Assembly (NCBI GenBank): GCA_039794845.1
Contig: JAUQVK010000086.1
Location: 1-64,000, forward strand
Source of the DNA: Thermostichus sp. DRC_bins_24
GTDB taxonomy: Bacteria; Cyanobacteriota; Cyanobacteriia; Thermostichales; Thermostichaceae
Reading direction: 5' to 3'
DNA length: 64,000 nt
Position 1 is the stretch's first letter; every line of letters begins with the position of its first letter. A program made the position numbers and the translations under genes. The notes beneath the pieces were generated by a model, which worked only from the letters and a program-made list of their open reading frames with translations, had not been told where the DNA came from and did not search any database. Shown here piece after piece: positions 60,421 through 64,000 of this stretch.

Positions 60421-63068
60421 CCTACCTTCTCAGCCGGGATGGGGGCGGGCGGTTCGTTGCCGGCGGTGGAGCCGATCTTGCGGAAGGAGAGGCGCTCGTT
60501 GGCCACATCCACCTGGATCCTGTCCCCGGGCAGAAACTCGTTTTCCAAGAGCTTGGTGGCGATGGGATTTTCGATTTCCCGTTGAATCACCCGCTTCAAG
60601 GGGCGGGCCCCGAACACGGGGTCGTAGCCCACTTCCGCCACGTAGTCTTTGGCCTCATCCGTGAGGACGATCTCAATTTGCTGGTCGGCCAGCAGTTGCT
60701 CCACCCGCCGCATTTGCAAGCTGACGATCTGGCGAATTTCCGCTTTGGTCAGGGCATGGAAGATGATCAACTCATCCACCCGGTTCAAAAATTCCGGTCG
60801 GAAATTGTGCCGCAACATGGCCAAGACTTGCGTTTTCATCTCCTCATAGCGACTTTCATCCCCACCAATTTCCAGGATTAGATCGCTGCCGATATTGCTG
60901 GTCATGATGATGATCGTGTTTTTGAAATCCACCGTTCGCCCCTGCGAGTCGGTAATGCGGCCATCATCCAGCACCTGCAGCAAAATGTTGAACACATCCG
61001 GGTGGGCTTTTTCCACCTCATCAAACAACACCACCGAGTAGGGCCGCCGCCGCACCGCCTCGGAAAGTTGCCCCCCTTCTTCGTAGCCGACATAGCCAGG
61101 AGGGGCCCCCACCAGCCGCGAGACGGAGTGTTTTTCCATATACTCGGACATGTCGATGCGCACCATCGCCTCGGAGGTATCGAAAAGGAACTCCGCCAAG
61201 GCCCGGGCCAGCTCGGTCTTGCCCACCCCCGTCGGCCCCATGAACAGAAAAGATCCGATGGGACGGTTGGGATCCTTCATGCCGGCTCTGGCCCGCCGAA
61301 TCGCTGCCGCCACCGCTTTCACGGCTTCGTCTTGGCCGATCACCCGCCTGTGCAGATGCTCCTCCAGGCGCAATAACTTTTGCTTCTCCGATTCCATCAG
61401 GCTGGTCACCGGGATCCCCGTCCAACGGGAAACGATCTCGGCAATATCCTCTTGGGTGACTTGCTCCCGCAGCAGGGGCTCCCCGCTCGATTGCTGGCTG
61501 GCCAGGTGGGCCTCCTGCTCCTGAATTTGCCGCTCCAGCTCCATTAGTTTGCCGTATTTCAGCTCGGCGGCCCGGTTCAGATCATATTTTTGTTCGGCTT
61601 GCTCAATTTGCAGCTTCACGGCATCCCGTTCCGCTTTCAGAGCTTGCAGTTGCTCCAGGCCCTCTTTCTCAAATTGCCAGCGGGCGTTCAATTCCCGTTG
61701 CCGCTCCGTCAGGTTGGCCAGCTCCTGTTCAATTTTGCTGAGGCGGTCTTTGGAGGCAATATCATCCTCTTTTTTCAGGGACAGTTCCTCCATTTGCAGT
61801 TGCATAATGCGCCGGTCAATTTCATCCAATTCCACCGGCTTGGAGGTGATCTCCATTTTCAGTTTGGCAGCGGCTTCATCGACCAGGTCAATGGCTTTAT
61901 CCGGCAGAAACCGTTCGGAAATATAGCGGTTGGAGAGCACGGCGGCAGCCACCAAAGCCGAGTCGGCAATTTTGACACCGTGGTGCAGTTCGTAGCGTTC
62001 CTTCAGGCCCCGCAGGATGGAAATGGTGTCCTCCACCGAGGGCTGATCCACAAACACCTGTTGGAAGCGGCGTTCTAGGGCGGCATCCTTTTCGATGTGC
62101 TTGCGGTACTCATCTAGGGTGGTGGCACCGATGCAGCGCAGTTCCCCCCGGGCCAGCATCGGTTTTAGCAGGTTACCGGCATCCATTGCCCCTTCCCCGG
62201 CCCCGGCCCCGACGACGGTGTGCAATTCGTCGATGAACAGGACAATCTGCCCTTCCGACTCGGTGACCTCTTTCAGTACCGCCTTGAGGCGATCTTCAAA
62301 CTCACCCCGATATTTGGCCCCGGCAATCAAGGCTCCCATGTCTAGGGAGATTACCCGGCGATTTTTCAACGACTCCGGCACATCTCCCCGATTGATGCGT
62401 TGGGCTAAGCCCTCGACAATGGCGGTTTTGCCCACACCGGGTTCGCCAATCAAGACAGGGTTGTTTTTGGTGCGGCGAGACAACACCTGGATGACGCGAC
62501 GGATCTCCTCATCCCGGCCAATCACCGGATCCAATTTCCCCTCCCGAGCTGCCCGGGTGAGATCGCGGCCATAGCGTTCGAGGGCTTCGTAGCGGGATTC
62601 CGGGTTTTTGTCCGTGACCCGTTGTCTGCCCCGCACCTCTTGAATGACGGGCTTGAGGCGCTCCACCGTCAGGCCCAAGGGCGCTAAAACCCGCTTGCCC
62701 ACCCGCTCATCCTGCAGGGATCCCAGAAACAAATGTTCGACGGAGATAAAGTCATCTTCGTATTCCTTGCGGAACTCCTCCGCCCGATCCAGGGTGGTTT
62801 CCAGGCCCCGGCCCAAATACAGTTGATCCACCCGCGCCAGTTTCGGTTGCTGGTTGATGAAACTCTCCAGTTTGTCCCGCAGCAACCTGGGATTCACGCC
62901 CGCCCGTTGCAAGATCGTTTGGGTGAGACCCCCCTCCTGATCCAGGAGTGAGATCAGCAAATGCTCGGTTTCCAGTTGCTGCTGTTGGTGTTGGCGAGCC
63001 ACATCCTGGGATTTGACGATGGCATCCCAGGCTTTTTCGGTAAATTGATTGGGATTGGTGGGCTGCAT
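60417..63068 (-). CDS. clpB: ATP-dependent chaperone ClpB
   Basis: GEPGVGKT and GPTGVGKT, M-domain (AAELKYG), GARPLKR. Confidence 0.97.
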   Translation of the reverse strand: MQPTNPNQFTEKAWDAIVKSQDVARQHQQQQLETEHLLISLLDQEGGLTQTILQRAGVNPRLLRDKLESFINQQPKLARVDQLYLGRGLETTLDRAEEFRKEYEDDFISVEHLFLGSLQDERVGKRVLAPLGLTVERLKPVIQEVRGRQRVTDKNPESRYEALERYGRDLTRAAREGKLDPVIGRDEEIRRVIQVLSRRTKNNPVLIGEPGVGKTAIVEGLAQRINRGDVPESLKNRRVISLDMGALIAGAKYRGEFEDRLKAVLKEVTESEGQIVLFIDELHTVVGAGAGEGAMDAGNLLKPMLARGELRCIGATTLDEYRKHIEKDAALERRFQQVFVDQPSVEDTISILRGLKERYELHHGVKIADSALVAAAVLSNRYISERFLPDKAIDLVDEAAAKLKMEITSKPVELDEIDRRIMQLQMEELSLKKEDDIASKDRLSKIEQELANLTERQRELNARWQFEKEGLEQLQALKAERDAVKLQIEQAEQKYDLNRAAELKYGKLMELERQIQEQEAHLASQQSSGEPLLREQVTQEDIAEIVSRWTGIPVTSLMESEKQKLLRLEEHLHRRVIGQDEAVKAVAAAIRRARAGMKDPNRPIGSFLFMGPTGVGKTELARALAEFLFDTSEAMVRIDMSEYMEKHSVSRLVGAPPGYVGYEEGGQLSEAVRRRPYSVVLFDEVEKAHPDVFNILLQVLDDGRITDSQGRTVDFKNTIIIMTSNIGSDLILEIGGDESRYEEMKTQVLAMLRHNFRPEFLNRVDELIIFHALTKAEIRQIVSLQMRRVEQLLADQQIEIVLTDEAKDYVAEVGYDPVFGARPLKRVIQREIENPIATKLLENEFLPGDRIQVDVANERLSFRKIGSTAGNEPPAPIPAEKVG

Positions 63069-63284
63069 AGGAGTTTGAGAAGAGCTTGGTATTCAGTATA
63101 AGAAGCATAAGAAGCGGTTCGGGATCATACCCCTGGCCGCCAAAGTGGAGGGGAGTCCAGGCGGGATCCCACTGATCGATCCCACTGATCTAGGTATCGC
63201 CCATTTTGCAGAATCAAGAGTTCAAGAGAACCGCCCCCCATACCCAGCTCTGTGGAGGGATCCCCGCCTTGGGCTGAGTCGGGG

Positions 63285-64000
63285 TTAGTCGTCCTCTTCG
63301 TAGGGGCGGCCCTCTCCGATCACCGCCAGGTCAATTTGTTGTCGGTAGTAGTCGACATTTTTGATCTGCACCTCCACCCGATCCCCAAGGCGAAACTGCT
63401 GCCGGCTTTTGCGCCCCACCAGCGCCTGTTGGCGGTTGCGATACTCGTACCAGTCGTTTTTCAACGAGCTGACCCGCACCAGCCCTTCTGCGAGGATTGG
63501 ATCCACCTGGACGAAAAAGCCGTAATTTTGCACGCCGATGATCAGGCCGGGGAACACCTCTCCCAAGTGTTTTTGCATGAATTCCGAGCGCTTTAAGCCC
63601 ATCAGCTCCTGCTCCGCCTGCTGCCGCACTTGGTGCCCCTGACGTAGCCCCTCCAGTTGACGCTGGAGAAACTCCTGCCATTCCTCTTGTACTTTCGGCG
63701 GCAACACATTCCAGTTGATCTGACCGTGACAGGTGTGGCTGTGCAGATCCACGCCCGTTTTCACCCGCGTGCTGCGGCGATCCCGTCCTTTGCTCAGGGC
63801 CAAGTGGAGGGCGCGCAAATTGAGCAGATCCCCGTAGCGGCGTAGGGGGGCCGTAAAGGTGGCATAGGGATCCCGCAACCCCAAACCAAAATGGCCCAGA
63901 GATTCCCCTTCGGGCAGAGGCTGTAGGCGATACTCCACAGGGGGCAAGGTGGCCAACATCTGCGCCACCAAAGCGGGGCTGGCCCCGGAAGCCAACACAT
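63285..64000 (-). CDS. Ribonuclease R-family protein, 3' part (RNB end plus S1); truncated by the window
   Basis: HFGLG..YATFTAPLRRYGDL; EGLVRVSSL..FRLGDRVEVQ. Confidence 0.85.
   Translation of the reverse strand, partial: VLASGASPALVAQMLATLPPVEYRLQPLPEGESLGHFGLGLRDPYATFTAPLRRYGDLLNLRALHLALSKGRDRRSTRVKTGVDLHSHTCHGQINWNVLPPKVQEEWQEFLQRQLEGLRQGHQVRQQAEQELMGLKRSEFMQKHLGEVFPGLIIGVQNYGFFVQVDPILAEGLVRVSSLKNDWYEYRNRQQALVGRKSRQQFRLGDRVEVQIKNVDYYRQQIDLAVIGEGRPYEEDD

Noticed and set aside
63165..63190. Short tandem duplication GATCCCACTGATC x2 (similar: CCAGTAAAACAT x2 near 37791)
   Set aside because: Two-copy slippage duplications with no evidence of function

Overview
A 64-kb, GC-rich, mostly housekeeping chromosomal segment from a cyanobacterium (psaC, petH, prk, a CpcD-domain protein, rpsU, rpmF, thrS, clpB, hisIE, pyrF, dihydroorotase). 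The palindrome GGGATCCC is very abundant in place of canonical HIP1 (GCGATCGC), which points to the hot-spring Thermostichus / Synechococcus OS-A/OS-B' lineage (inference). Accessory content: (i) a complete fluoride riboswitch with overlapping terminator driving an antiporter-USP / crcB / DUF190 / MFS operon; (ii) a dispersed MITE-like family with CAGCC...GGCTG ends and TA flanks, one copy sitting exactly in frame (105 bp = 35 aa) inside a gene; (iii) IS110 and IS605/TnpB remnants and two other gene relics; (iv) an orphan ParA + RHH cassette; (v) a GCS2-type ligase + M14 peptidase pair; (vi) a lipoprotein whose trypsin domain appears inserted inside a split SdrD/Cna-B domain. No CRISPR array, tRNA or rRNA was recognised. 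All calls are by-eye motif recognition; no database search was run.
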